Positions 1-15,465 of a DNA stretch of 64,000 nucleotides are shown here, piece by piece; the first letter of the stretch is position 1; the number at the start of each line of letters is the position of its first letter. Position numbers and translations under genes: made by a program. The notes below the pieces were generated by a model. The model saw nothing but the letters and a program-made list of their open reading frames with translations, had not been told where the DNA came from and ran no database searches. Origin of the DNA: the human T2T-CHM13v2.0 reference genome, Homo sapiens; assembly GCF_009914755.1 (NCBI RefSeq), contig NC_060931.1; one strand, 5' to 3'.

Positions 1-1439
1 GATTACTGAGACAAACTCCTCAAAGTAATTCACTCTGGAGACTTTCACTAAATATGATGTTACTGCTATTATACAAACATTTGGGAGATATCTCCTTCAA
101 ATTTATTTCAGTGGCTAAATTACCTTGATTTAAATGTCAGTGACATATATATTTTTAAAAACATTCTGGAGGATAAATACATTTTTGAGAAGTGGCGGAA
201 TCTACTTGAGGTCAAGTCTTATCAATAAAGTTAAAAACAACATATATAGTATACAGATATGAATAATTCAAACTGAAGAGGGAAGTGAAAAATATATAGG
301 TGATAATCCAAATTAAAGGCTATTCTTCAAAAGCAGTTGTCAAATTGGTTTTGGTAATGACAATAATTAGATGATCTGTAAGGTTGGGTCTAGTTAGAAA
401 CTTCTGTGTTTCCCGGATGCTTATTGCTTTTTCTTTTTAAAGTATAGTCATTTATTTCTCCTAGTAAATGTTCCCTTGTTATAATGAACAATGGTTTCAT
501 TGTTCATGATTTACTAGAAAGGCAACAAATTTGAAACTGGTTATAAACATATAATCTGTTTCTAACCATATCATTTTTAAGCAGTTCTAAAAACTCAGTA
601 AACAGTAAACATTTTCTCTTCTTTTCAGAAATAAAATCTCAGAGCAAGGTGTATAACACTTGCATTTCAATACATATTTATGTTCCATACTTACAGCATG
701 CATTTTCCTACATATCAAAGGACATTTCACTATCATTGAACTCATTTCATCTTTTGCCACACACAGCATTCCACAATCCCACAGCCCTGAAGCTTGGAGA
801 ACATGTCTCTCACATTCAAAATCTAACTAAACTAACAGTTTAACAGCTTGTCTATGTAAAATAGGGATAGGAACATTGCCAAGCCGAAATAACAGTTGCC
901 TCACAAATGAAATGTCCAAGCTCGTAAAGTCACAAACTTTGACCTTTAGGCTTTTTAAAATAGAATCTGTTTAAACACATACACAGAGCGAGAGAGCAAA
1001 AGAGGGAACAGCTTACCCAAAAAGAGATTTAAAAGTTTAAAGCCAGGCATCTCTGAATGATATAATTAGTGGAGTTCACTTCGAGATAATTTGGGAAGAT
1101 AAAATAAATTTAGAAAAACATTAGAAAAATGCAAACCATTGATCTAACTGATTTGGATACTTCTCATTTGAATAGCTCTCCCTTGGAGTTCCGGCTCTAC
1201 ACACTTATTATTTTTTGAGTGACAAATGTCATCATAGTTTGCTGCTAATAAAACATTGATTATCTCACTGCTTAGTTGAAAGAAATGCAGAATATTACAG
1301 AGTTAATTTTCCCAATTCCTCTTTCCTAGAATAGGTTGGTATACAATATTTTTGATTTGAGAAAAATAAACAGAAAAAAATAAACATGAAACACTAAGCT
1401 ATGAATCACATACTCCTTATTAAAGAACTTCCTTTTTAC

Positions 1440-1585
1440 CTCACATGGTCCTGATCCAATCTTTTCAGCCCCAGCACATATTTCAGACTCATTCAGAGTC
1501 ACCTTCCCTCGATGATGCTGGCTGCATTTCTCATTTCCCATTATATAGAGATGTGCCACTCGTAATAGGCCATCATAGTTGATCA
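1440..1585 (-). CDS. HGF: HGF exon 17 (146 nt), beta chain [21 protein letters not shown]...KIGSGPCE
   Basis: Acceptor CTAG|TGATC at 1586/1585, donor GAG|GTAAAA at 1440/1439; peptide seen in ORF 1326..1640. Confidence 0.98.
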
Positions 1586-1696
1586 CTAGATTGATGCAAA
1601 AAACATACAATAAGGTGAGAAAAGTAAGAAACAAAGACAAATGTGTTCTTTTTAAAATAAAATAAATATGGCCTCATCTTTTGAAAACTAGCTTAC

Positions 1697-1803
1697 ATCC
1701 AGTGTAGCCCCAGCCATAAACACTGCAACTGGTCTTTTCAGGAATTGTGCATCCATAATTAGGTAAATCAATCGTACTAACAAAATCATCCAGGACAGCA
1801 GGC
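1697..1803 (-). CDS. HGF: HGF exon 16 (107 nt), [35 protein letters not shown]
   Basis: TTTCAG|GCCT acceptor, GAT|GTAAGC donor; manual translation; trypsin-family GWG motif. Confidence 0.98.
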
Positions 1804-2336
1804 CTGAAAACACAAAATACAATGGTAAGTACTCTCAACTGGATTCAACACAAAATTAACATATTAAATGTAGTGTTCATGTTTAATATGGCATTTACAG
1901 AGAATGAAGTCCTGTTTCTTAAAAAAAAAAAAAAAAAGGTGGGAATGTCCAAATGTAATGATGACATTTGGAATAGGTAGTAAAGAAATGAGTCATGTAT
2001 TTGCCAATATTTAAGAATAAATGGTCAATGCTATTTTTTAAAATAATTATTTTACATTTGAAAGTTATCAAATAACTGCTGAGTTTCCATTTTAAAACAG
2101 ACTGATCAGACTGTTGGCCCAATGTTAGTTATTCATTTTTTTACAGTTTTGCAAATACCTTTCTCTCTATACTCACAGAGAGACCCAAACGCACGCATAT
2201 ATACATATATATACAGCATGTAACATATGTTTATAATGCATCTGTATGAGAGAGAACGAACTGCCACACAGCTGAAGAAAATGCTCCAACAATTCTTGTC
2301 CAGGTGAAAAATACAAAATCTTCTAAAGTAACTAAC

Positions 2337-2477
2337 CTGGCAAGCTTCATTAAAACCAGATCTGATCCTTCAGGGCCATATACCAGCTGGGAAACATTGA
2401 GAACCTGTTTGCATTTCTCATCTCCTCTTCCGTGGACATCATGAATTCCAAGCCAAGCTTCATAATCTTTCAAGTCT
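2337..2477 (-). CDS. HGF: HGF exon 15 (141 nt), [16 protein letters not shown]...[11 protein letters not shown]
   Basis: AACAG|AGAC acceptor, CAG|GTTAGT donor; ORF 2231..2473. Confidence 0.98.
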
Positions 2478-3338
2478 CTGTTTTGAAGGAAAAAAATTTA
2501 AATGTAAAACATAATAATTCCAAATTCTGTAGTATTATTCCTATCTATTGTTATTTTAGACTATTAAGGCACATAACCTAAATTTAAAATTTGATTCATA
2601 GTATAATAAAGAACAACACATTTGTTATGGCAGATTCTGAATACTACAAACATACATAAGCAGAAAGAGGCTTTAAATTGCTGAGATTCTAAATGACTAT
2701 TTTAGAAACTTGCTTATGCTTGCTAGAAGTCACTTGTGAAAAATGCTCAGGTAAAGCACTTTACATGAATTATAATTTTTTCTGCAAATTTTGCTTTGTT
2801 TATGTCAGCTGTGTATATATTTGGTTTGGTAACAGGGGTTGAAGTTTTCTACAAACAAAATCAAAGTGACCTTGCTGAGAAGCAGGAAGGAAGTTTACAA
2901 ATGCTGCCTCTTTATCTTTTCCTTAGGCTAATTTTCATTGAAAATTATGCCCAGGATGATCCTGAGGCTGACTCTACAGGAGAAAGAAGTAGTGAGGACT
3001 GAAAAAAGCCTATTGACAATTTAGAAAAAAAAAAGAATTATATCTAGAAATACAGGGTACAAGTAGAAAGTTGGGATATAAAACATTTACATAATTCTAG
3101 CAAAATTTTCCCCAACTGAGGGTAACACTAATTGTGAAAAGAGGTGAACTGAAGTAGTGTCTTGTAAATATCTGTGAAGTCAAAGTAAGTTTTGTAAGCC
3201 AAATTCTAAAAATGAAATAATTTGTTCACCCCATTTGTGAATCTCTGTAAAATGAATACATATTATAACCTTAAGAGCAAAGTGGAAGACATACACATTT
3301 TAAAGGCTCAAAATAATACTAGTTTTAAAAACACTTTA

Positions 3339-3566
<228 letters not shown>

Positions 3567-4574
3567 TTATCTGAAGGGTGATATTTGGTGATTGTAGCGT
3601 TAGCTTTTTTTTCATAATGTGACTATAAATTTATGAAATCAATTTGACTTTTGTGTAGTCTAAAGTTATTACACATCAATAGCCATCCCGAACACACATA
3701 TTCGTGTGTATGTGCATCTATCCTTGTGAGGAACGTATGTGCTACAAATATAGGATAATTATAATTTCTTAAAAATGTGAATCTATTTTAAATTCAGTGT
3801 TTGCTTATTAAAAATGCAAAGTTGAGTTCTTGTTTGAACCCTGAAAACCATCTAGTGGTAGCAATTTTATTCGTGCACTATTTCCTTCTTCTACTACCAT
3901 TATGTAGTTTTGATATATTAACATAAAATGTAACTGAATCTGAATAAATTACTTTGTCCAGTATAAGATCAGGAATATAATATTTCATCTCTAAAGTAAA
4001 ACAATTTTGCAAGGCAAATCATTTAGGAAATTGTAAAATATTTGCAGAGTATGATGAGTACTAGTACATTTTTTTGATGATATCCAAAATCTGTAAATCC
4101 ATTTTTTTTGGCAGAGACATGGAAAAAGCACAACTTTTCATAATTTACATTTCCAAAGAGTACAGATGTTCAGTGCTTCAGAGGGTAATACTAGAAGATT
4201 CCCAGACTGAGACCACAGTTATTTATGGCCTTTACCACACAGGAGGATAAGAATATATATTGACTTTTAATTTCTATCCTTTTCAGTATGAGTTTTGGAA
4301 GAATAACTAAGCAGCTGTTGTTGCTAAGAACTTGGATTTAAAAAGGAAAAAAACTAAAAATTTACAGTACTCTAATCTGATGGAAAAATAGCTTCACCTG
4401 CTTTTCCAACAATGGAGATGACCAAAGCAGTATCCTTGTGAATTCTCTTACTGGAAAAAATAACTTAGAAGTATTAATATATGTCTTCTTTTATCCTCTG
4501 GGGTTATAAGATAAGCAAAGAATCACCAATTAACTCAAATGTGGATTATTGAAAGATTTCTCCTTCCTTCCTTC

Positions 4575-4792
4575 TTTTTTTTTTTTTTTTTTTTTTTTTT
4601 TTGAGACAGAGTCTCGCTCAGTAGCTGGGATTACAGGCATGTGCCACCATGCCCGGCTAATTTTTGTATTTTTAGTAGAGATGGGTTTTACCACGTTGGC
4701 CAGGCTGCTCTTGAACTCCTGACCTCAAGTGATACACCTGCCTCAGCCTCCCAAACTGCTGGGATTACAGGTGTGAGCCACCACACCCAGCC
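4575..4792 (-). mobile_element. Alu (S-like) with a large internal deletion of the right arm; T28 tail
   Basis: T-run 4575-4602, then GAGACAGAGTCTCGCTC joined directly to AGTAGCTGGGATTACAGG; TSD-like TTGAAAGATTT at 4549-4559 and 4795-4805. Confidence 0.92.
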
Positions 4793-6196
4793 TCTTGAAA
4801 GATTTTCTATAATTAAGAAAATTAAACACTCCAACAGAATTCTAAAGTCTTTACTAAATCCTCATACTGCACACTCAGCTTTAATATTCTGGTTAGTTTC
4901 ACAATTCTATTTTAGTACTACACACCTAGGACAGCTATACTACAATTATTGGCATAAATATTTATAAAATCTGATAAGCCATTCCTTGAGAAAAGGGTAT
5001 ACTAAAAAAAGAACTTTAGGCCATCTCCTACAACATTGTGGTCATCTAAAGTCATATATATCAAATTATATAAACTCTTGCTTTCCAATAATTGGTTTAT
5101 TCATAAAAGGACTTCTGTTTCAAGTTGTCTCTATTCTAATGTCACTGTGATTTAATAATAGTAACAGACATTCTTTTTCTCTACTCTAGGAGGCTAGCGG
5201 TAAGGGAACAGGAGGGTATTCTAAAAGAGGGGATATTTAGGTTGAAATTTGAAGGAGAAGGAATTTTCAGGCATAAAACATGGAGGAAGAAAGCCACAGT
5301 GTGTTGTGGGAACAACAGCATAAAGGCTTAGAGGAAGAAACGTGAGGTATCTAGAAAACAAGAGACAATGTGGTTCAAATTCAATGTATCTTGGGGTGTG
5401 TTGCATGGTAAGGTTCTGATAGAGATAGCCAAAGACATAAATATTTTAGCATTCCAATTAACATACAGAATAATATATGTAGTATATGAAAGTTGTAAGA
5501 TCAGATTTTAAGTTAACTTATATTTTCAGTATTTAATTCTTATGACATAATTATTAAGCATAATTTTCTCTAACAATATGATTTGCAAAGTGATTTTATG
5601 TAGAATATGTCATTGATTCTTAAGAGCATTGAGAAATAGACATGTCAAGAATTTTGTATCCCCACTGATTATTATAATATCAAGACTATTTAACTATTGG
5701 CCTTTTTGTAAAGATAAAATGCTCTAGAATTTAAAATTACCATTTTTCATTTGATTGACAAGGAAAAAGTCAGAAATTAAAAACAAATATAAATGTTTTG
5801 ACATGATCATGCATAAACATATTAGAAAATAAACCCATAATATCCTAGATTGGAAATTTAATAACAAGTATCATAACTACTATGGTAATATTAAGGTTTC
5901 AATAGGTCCTCCGTATTTTGCTTAATCGGAACCAAAGTGTCTCTTAGAATCAGGGACATTGCCAACACATATGGGACCTTTGTGAAGATTTAAAAAGGCA
6001 CTACCTCTGGAGGCACAAATTATAGTCCAGAGCTTACAGTCTGGCAAGCAGATGTGATCAGCTTCCTCTTTTACTGCCTCACCCAGGTGCCCTGTGGAGG
6101 GTACAACCTTCAGGACCACATGTGTCCATATTTCTGGGAATAGGACTCTCTTGTACATATTCTGGATATGCATGACTTGCATCTATTAATAATTAC

Positions 6197-6293
6197 CTGT
6201 ATCTCAAACTAACCATCCATCCTATGTTTGTTCGTGTTGGAATCCCATTTACAACTCGCAATTGTTTCGTTTTGGCACAAGATATTACGGGAT
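6197..6293 (-). CDS. HGF: HGF exon 13 (97 nt), [32 protein letters not shown], containing the alpha/beta activation site
   Basis: TTTCAG|ATCC acceptor, CAG|GTAATT donor; R-V-V-N-G codons at 6258-6244. Confidence 0.98.
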
Positions 6294-7530
6294 CTGAAAC
6301 AGGACCAAACATAACATTTTTTAAAATAAGAATTTGAAATAATCAGTGCCTCTTAGTTTTCTTAAATGCAATGATAATTACACAAATGTAACTATTCTTA
6401 TTGTGTCCAAAGAACAGTTTGGTGAAAGAGAAGTTTAATATGACCGCAGCATTATATTAAGTCCTTAACACTTGCCATCTTCATCTAAGAAGTTGAGTAA
6501 CTCAGAAAAACAAATAAACTCAAAGCAGACAGGATTGCCATGAGAGTGACAATGGCTTTGCTCACAATACACTAAGACCAAGCTCCTCAGGTCTAATCCC
6601 TCACCACCCTCAACATAAAATAAACCAAAGTTATTTACAATGGTTATTTCTAATGGTCAGTAGAAATCAATAGATTCAGTGAAAAAAACAAAACCAAGCT
6701 TTACTTGGATATTACTTCTGAATTTGTACAGTTAGATTGTAGATTTATTCAATATGTCTTACCAACATTTGATTTATTGAAATCATATCCAAATGATATA
6801 ATTATTATTTTCAAATCATTATGTCCAAAGACATAATATAAAATTTATTGGAGTAAATGTTTTCCTGACCCTCCTCTGTGCTCCTCGCCTTATCCCCTCT
6901 ACTTCTGCCCATGGTCTAGAATAGATATCCATTTGCTTCCTGAGCCTGGGGCACAGCAGGTGGTATTCTAAATCAAAAACACTTGAGTAACTTCCTTCAG
7001 CTCAAGAGATATGTGAAAATAAAATACAAGTGGCCCCCAACAGATTCTTAAACTGAGGATTAACTGAATATCATAGACTGTGTCATCTTGTGCCCACTTG
7101 ACTGTAGGGCATGCAGAGAAGTTTACAAATAGAGTAGAATAGAGGCACTGAATAACTTTCCAACTTTCAGGTTTCATTCTCCTGAATTCAGCATCCTAAT
7201 TTTATTAAATCATGGTATATATAAAGGTGGTCCATTATACGCATTGTGCCCCAAATTAAAAGTAAATATAAACACTCTTTTCGAAATCACATATACCATC
7301 TTATAGATTTTTTGCAAGAGAATTGAATTTTTATATTCAGTATGCAGTTGCCTTTGAAACTCCTTTACACCTATGCATAGAAAAATATATTTTAAAAAGT
7401 AAAAATAAATAGATTAACTTCTTTTTATAATGGAAGCTAATATAGATAATTTTCTTTGAAAGAAATAATGACACTTCTGACACACAGAGAGAGACTCAGA
7501 ATATACTTTATATTGTGAAATATTACTTAC

Positions 7531-7569
7531 GGTCTAAATTGACTATTGTAGGTGTGGTATCACCTTCAC
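7531..7569 (-). CDS. HGF: HGF exon 12 (39 nt), linker EGDTTPTIVNLD
   Basis: TTTTACAG|GTGAAG acceptor, ACC|GTAAGT donor. Confidence 0.97.
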
Positions 7570-7646
7570 CTGTAAAAATAAATGTATAGATAAATACACA
7601 ATTCATATATGCATATATCTGTTATATAAAACCAAATATATATTAA

Positions 7647-8000
<354 letters not shown>

Positions 8001-9290
8001 TGAAATTCTTGACATTTTATTCAGAGATAAAATGTAAACTCTTTTGAGTAATTATACATCACGTTTACTGGATAATATTGTAAGTATATGCCCTCTGGTA
8101 CTAGGTGATATGAGCAGAGCCCTATTTTATGACTGTGGAGGCTCTCAGGTGTGTGTTTTGATGATCATTGGCCATTTGAATTACATTGCCTTCATCAAGG
8201 AGCTGCCTCGATCCACCAAGATGTCCAACATCCTACACCATGAACATTCCATTGAATAGCACTCGTGTTCATTATTGTCTACTTGGACTCTTCATATTGA
8301 TAGGCCATTTGCTTCTGTAATTTGAATCATTTAATTTTTTTTCTGAAAACTTTTAGTTTTATATGGTTAAAGATAATTGCAACTACACCAACTTCATAAA
8401 TCTCTGCAAGGATTCTAGAAGATAGATATCAATGTCACTAATGGAAAAAGAGGAATAATACAATATAATTATGCTTTGTTGCTTGAATATTTCAAGGGTT
8501 GATTTTTCCAGATGCGAGTAAAAAAATATGGAAAAAAGAGAACACTGAAAACTACAAATTAATTCTAATTAAAACCTGTAGCTTACTACTTTTTCATCTC
8601 TACTGGGGCTTAATTGCCACAAATAAGAGAAAGTCTTGGAAGATGCAAGGATTTTGAAATACTTATGCTGTAATGAATGAGACACAAGACATTTCCTGGA
8701 GCTTAATGTGTGACTATTCAGAATTGATGGCATAGAGTTCAGTCAGGCACTGTTTAGACCCAGATGGTTGTCAATCCCTGGAAATGCCCTGAGCTCAAAT
8801 AAGCCAGCAACAAACCAATAATGTATATGGATTCCTTTGTAATAGATGCCAATGTGATTGTTATTTATGAGGATAGTTGTGAGAATTAATATATACTTAT
8901 TTAAGTTCATTTTTCAGATCTAGATATTTTAAATGAATAGGTTAATGGTAAACATACAAAATTCATCATTTCTCTTTCCCTGTAGCTTATCCTAGAGGAG
9001 GGTTTGTCAGTCAGCTGAGGTCAGAGTTTTAGTTCATTAAGTATGAGTTAAGATTGAGGCGGACTATGGTAACAAAACTTCAAGGATATTGGTTTTCCAC
9101 GTAAGTCAAATACTTGAAAATGTTAAATAAGTAGATATTTATTTCTTATTTTGTGAGGAGAAAGACTGGTTATTTGTTCTATCTTGTATATTAAGTCTCT
9201 TATTTCTAAGCATTAAGCTAATAGGTCAACAAAATGCTTAGTTAACTCTTGTATCTTACAATATATTTAGTTTTAAAAATTTGTAGATAT

Positions 9291-9628
<338 letters not shown>

Positions 9629-10029
9629 TTAATAATTAATAGTAATGTATATGTTTTGCTTTCTCTAATCCAGTATTTCTCACACTTTAGCATAAACTGA
9701 AATACGTTTTAAAATTAAATTTCTGGGGATTCTGGGTTGGTGGCCGGATGCATCCATTTAACAAGCATCCTAGGTTCTTCTGTTGCATGCCTGGAGTAAA
9801 ACTTGAAAAACTACTTTCTATGCCTTTTCCATTTCACTGCCAAATACTATTCTCACTTTTCTTCCTTTACTTTCACCACTGTCTATACTACACTATCTAT
9901 ACCACACTACTTTCAGACTCATGTCTACAAAAATATATGTGATACAATACTTATTTTTTATTGGTTCAACTTAAATTTGAAGAAAGAAAACATGTCAATG
10001 ATAAAAGTTTTACCTACGGAAGGGTAGGG

Positions 10030-10032
10030 GTG

Positions 10033-10079
<47 letters not shown>
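10030..10079. repeat. (TG)n microsatellite with one interruption
   Basis: Direct reading. Confidence 0.97.
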
Positions 10080-10082
<3 letters not shown>

Positions 10083-12154
10083 GCCTCAGAACCAAACATG
10101 GACTTTTTCTGAAAACATAAAGAAAACTTTCTCCCACTCTTCTTAAAGCTTTAACTCAATTTCAAAAGTTTACGAACATCATGTATTTCTCCATGAAGAA
10201 ATCGATGTTCACATTCTCATTTTATATATTGTTAATATATACATATTACATGATTATATTGCTTTGTAATTATTTCCATAAATGTCTCCCTTCTATACTA
10301 TGAACTATTTAAAATTAAGAAGAAGTGTTTGTATTTTTATAAACATAGTATGTTATATATGGCTTTGTACACAATAGCAGCTCAATTAACAATAATGAAT
10401 GAACAAATAAAAACAGAGATGGAAGTTAAGGTTTTGACTCTTTACTATGCAACAGACACTGTTCACAATAGTCCCATATAATAGGTACTTTTATTATAAA
10501 ATATTGCAAATACAAATATGAGTCCTAAGTGGGTTTGGTAACTTGCCCAAGGTACTTAAAAGTGATGGGTCTGGCATTCTTAGGAAGTCTGGATTGAAGT
10601 TCTTAACCACTACGCTCTTGGTAGTTAAGATTTTTCTAAAATAGTATACTAACTGTGTCTGTGTATACTCAATCATATAGGCACCTCTACATTTTTATGT
10701 TTGCATATTTGATAAACTTAAAAATATGTAAAATATTATTTTGTAAGCATGTTAAAAAAAAGAATAAAAACCTTTACATGTTTTGTAAAAGAATTTTACA
10801 GTGTGAAAATGATTTATACAGTCTCTGCAGTTATATAAATAATAAGAACTCAAATCTTCTAAAGATAAATATTATCACCCTTTCACCAGGGAGAAAATGT
10901 AAACAAATCCTGGCTATAAATATTAGTTAGAAAAATGACACTGTAAAAATCTTTATTAAAATTAATTTGTGGTATACATTGAAATAAAATGATTTATCTG
11001 CAATAGTATTTAATCAAATACTAGTAACCCCCTCAAGTCTTTCAACAGCACATTACTTTTAGTTTAAAAATATTAGTTGAAAAAATTTTTTGAAAACTTG
11101 TAAATTATTAGAGTCCTGGCTCCCTTGGTTTGTGATTATAAATGAAATCACAGTGCCTTGAGATACTATAGGGCATTTCACTCTTAACCATGCATATGTG
11201 CTAGATAGAGCTGCTGTGATTTTTAAAAATCTGGAAATCTGTAGAGGAAGCAAAATAACTTGTTTTAGAAGGCAGATAATTGCCTTTTTCCTTCTTCCTA
11301 CACCATTATATATTCTATGAGCCTCCATTAGTCTTAACCATAGAGACTTAACAAAAACATAGTGCTATAAAACTGTACTTAGAAAAATAATAATCTTTTA
11401 ATAATTTTTAAATATTTTTGTATGGCATTCTCTGAAAAAGTAGGTGTGTTTCTTTTAGTATTAACATTGAGCCTATGCCAACCTTAATATGGGAAAAGTG
11501 AAGAACATTAGGAAAACAAATTAATTTGAAAGGCTATGATCATGGCTGATAAAATGAAAATAAACTTATTAGAAATGCCATTTATTTGCAAACATATAAT
11601 ATATTTAGTTATTTATTATTATACAGAGTTTCCCAACCTATTAAAAATAGATGGAGCAGCTCCAAGTCTTAATTATAGGTAGACTTGATTAACATCATAT
11701 TTTAAAAGTTTGCCTTTAATGCTAGAATTTCATAAAACATGACTGCTGTTTCCATTTAAGGTGAAATTTACCTCTTTAATTTGACATAAATTCTAGAAAA
11801 ACACAGACTTCTGTTGTATTTCATTTTTTAAAAGCAACATTATTATTTCTTCAATTTAATCTCTTTTTAGAGTAGATATTTTTGCTGCTGTTCTCAAGGT
11901 ACTTGCTACTACTAGCTTGTCTCACAAGAAAAACATTCTTAAAACAAAGTTTTTATCGAACTTATAAAAGTATTTCCTTTCTAAAGAGAAGGTGGTTTAA
12001 CATTGTGGTAAAGGATGTTCGTTGTAAACATAGAGTTACAGATACATAGTATAGTAAAATGGTCTCTTTCTACTGACACAGCTTTATAAAAAGGCTTTTT
12101 CACTCAATAACATATTTAAGACGTACTTCCATCTCAATACGTATTACTAGACAT

Positions 12155-12350
12155 CAGTGGTTACCAGTGGAAATGATTTTGCCCTCCAGGGGACATTGGC
12201 AATGTCTAGAGATAGTTTTGATTGTCACGACTTGGGGCAGGTGTCATGCTACTGGCATCTAGTGGATAGAGTCCAGGAATACTACTAAACATGCTACAAT
12301 GCACAGAACAGCATCTACCCCAAAATGTGGGTGTGCGGAGGCCCAAAAAT
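12155..12350 (+). mobile_element. MER20-like hAT-Charlie DNA transposon relic
   Basis: Matches recalled MER20 consensus: GATTTTGCCCTCCAGGGGACATTGGCAATGTCT...GCTACTGGCATCTAGTGG...CTAAACATGCTACAATGCACAG. Confidence 0.8.
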
Positions 12351-13270
12351 CCTGATCTATGTCAACATTATTACTGCTTTTGATACATTTTATCAAACTA
12401 ACTTCCAAGCAGGATTTTGAATTCACACTGTAAGTAGCATAGAATTGAGACAGACTGATTACCCAGGTCCTCACTAATACTGGATATTTACAATCATTTT
12501 ATTTGCCAACCTGACAGGTAGAAGTGACTTCTCATGTCTTAAACATTTTTTTCCTACGAATATGTTTTAATGTCTTTTCATTTATTTATTAGCTATATTT
12601 TTGAAGATTTATTTTCTACTTTTTTCTCCTGAATTCTCACATCTTTTTCTTACTGATATCTAGGGACTTTTTAATATGAATTATACCAGACATGTATTTT
12701 ATATGAACTATGTCAAACATGTATTACATGTTTTTTATATAACTTTTACTTTATACACTAATATCTTTTTAACAAAGCCATCTGGGAATCAGATAACTGG
12801 GTGGAAAACTCCAGGCTCTTCTTTAGTCTTAAATTAAAGAACTGAGAAGGAAATAGAAGTACCACTAGTTCAGATCTGCTCACGGCTTTTTAGTGGGCTG
12901 GGAACTTTGCTGAGAGCTCTGCTATATTCAGAAGCTGAACAGGTAGTATTGGTATTGGGGGGTGGGGAGATCTTTCTAGCCCAGTCATATTAGAACTGTG
13001 GCCAATTAATGCTTTCGGAATCCCAATGGAAATCTTCTGAGGGAAGAGAATCTCCATTAAAATGTTAAAATTTCTTCTTATCTATACGAGAGATGGAGAG
13101 AGAGAAAGAGAGACCATGTGGTGTGTCTGTGTGTGTGTTGTGTACATTTGTGTGTGTTGCTCTCTGGAGAGCTTCCTCATTTGGGAATAAATGCCAGACC
13201 ACCTATATTATTTACAACTTTTAGATGAAATGTAGTACATTTAAAATATTTCACAAGACACCAATCCCTA

Positions 13271-13477
<207 letters not shown>

Positions 13478-14314
13478 TTACAAAAAGATATAATCTCAGC
13501 ACATTACTTTCACTGTAGATACAGCATAACCTTTTACTTGGGATGAATTTTAGCTATTTTGTTTGAGGTCTGTTTGGTTGCTACTGTTGTTCCTACACTT
13601 TAGAAGCAGATTCTCTAACTTGGAAATATGGAAGAGGGCTCCATAATTGGCATATTAGGTTTTGTGATTTTGCCTCTATTTGGTAATCCCAGTGGCATGG
13701 TAATGATACTTCTGTGCATAGAAATAAGAAAAACATTGTCTAAAGCAAGCAGATGGCAAAGATTAAAACTATAAAATACATAAAAAATACAAGCTATTAT
13801 ACAAGTATTTTTTTACATTTTAGATACAAATGAAGCATCACTAGCCATATCACTATGACAGAGTACAAGAAGATATACTGAAATGAATAATGTGTTAATT
13901 AAATAATTAAAATTCTAAATTTTACTGATCAGTTACAAAATATTATTTTGACAGATAACCGAGCAATACTTTATTTCTAATTCACATCTTAACTAAATTT
14001 ATTACAAAAGAAAAGCAAAGATTGTAAATTTACTGTAAATTATTTTATAAGGCCATTTTCATTCATGTAACATCAATATTTACATTTACCTCAATAACAT
14101 GAATGAAGTCAATTCTACATGGCCACTTTGACTGATCATAAAAGTCATTAAAACTATTCATCTTACTGAACTTGTTTCCAGTTATTAATTGCTACCATGC
14201 TTGAATATAATTAATGTGTCATTTTAAATAAAATTTTAAAAAGCTTGAACATGGAAACTTGGACTATATTTCCAGACCAAGTTTCATTTTTCTGGACCAA
14301 GAATAACAGTAAAC

Positions 14315-14542
14315 ACATATAGTACTTATTACATGCCACATTGTGTTGTAGGTTCTTTGTAGATATAACCTTAGACCAATCTTATGAGATAGTCTTTAAG
14401 GTTATGCCATATTACATTTGTGGAAATTGAAATCCAGAGAGGAAAACTAATTGGTGTAATGTCACATGACTTGCAAACACTAGAGCTGGGGTTTGAACCC
14501 ATGGCTATTTCAAGAGTCAGTGCTCAAAACCGCCATGCTCTG
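14315..14542 (-). mobile_element. MIR SINE relic
   Basis: Degenerate MIR core (GGAAATTGAAATCCAGAGAGG...GTCACATGACT...GAGCTGGGGTTTGAACCCA); boundaries approximate. Confidence 0.65.
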
Positions 14543-14704
14543 TCTCCTACTTACAAAGTTTGTCCTTAAGCCAAAATGGTACCATGTGACTTAATCCTTG
14601 ATCAATTTCCTACAAATTGTTTCCAAAAGTCAAACCTAAACTTGATGAATTAAGTATTATTAGAGACCCATTGATAGTTTCTAAATAAATATATCACATA
14701 TTTT

Positions 14705-14936
14705 CAGTGGTATGCTGGTAAAAGTTTACCAACTGGTACTTTGAGGTATGTGTACGGTGAGGATGAAGATGAGGAATCCTCGTCTGAAGTTGTTGCTGAT
14801 TTCTGTAGTGTAAATACTTCTACCATGAAAATTTCAACCTTCTAGTGTAAAATCACTGAAGGCAACACTTTTGAAAGACGATGAGAACAATTCTCTCTCA
14901 CAAGTCCATAAGAGCAATCCACCCCACCCACCACTG
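14705..14936. mobile_element. MER63-like hAT-Blackjack DNA transposon relic
   Basis: Terminal inverted repeats CAGTGGT...ACCACTG; degenerate 8-bp TSD CATATTTT/CATGTTTC; internal GTGTAAATACTTCTACCATG matches recalled consensus. Confidence 0.7.
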
Positions 14937-15465
14937 CATGTTTCTAAAAATGCTTTAAAAAATAGCAGTGCTGAAATTAGCATTTATTTTAATCATGCCA
15001 ATTCTTACTTAAAATTATTTAATAAATCCTTTTAATCCTCAGGATAAAATTTAGATTTCTTAACTGAGCTTACAAGACTCTCTATATGGTGTTACCACTT
15101 TGTGAATTCCTTCTCTGTGGACATTGACCAAGTTACATTCTTTCAGTCTTACCAAAATTATTTCCTATATTCAAATAATCTAATGCTTTGGCCTTTGCAC
15201 ATGCAATTTCTTGTGTCTAATGTCCTCTTCCTCCTCTACTTCCCTTGCCCAGTTCCTACTCATCATGTACATCCCAGCTAATTTCCCTTCCTTTAAGAAG
15301 CCTTCCTGACCACTTACGTCTGAGTAGGCACTTCTTTGCATTCCCATAGCATAAAATATGCTATCTTTCATAGTTTTCATATGGCATTCCCTGTTTGCTT
15401 GCATCCCACACTAGAGTGGGAGATCTATAAGGACAGAAGTCTGCTGCTCTTTGAAGTCCTAGAAC

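Noticed and set aside
1921-1937. Poly(A) tract possibly being the HGF DATE element
   Set aside because: DATE lies in the promoter, outside this window; this is an ordinary intronic run
5922-6182. 86-aa minus-strand ORF and possible cryptic exon just after exon 13
   Set aside because: The candidate acceptor is only about 63 nt from the exon 13 donor, read-through hits TAA at once, and the peptide has no HGF-like features
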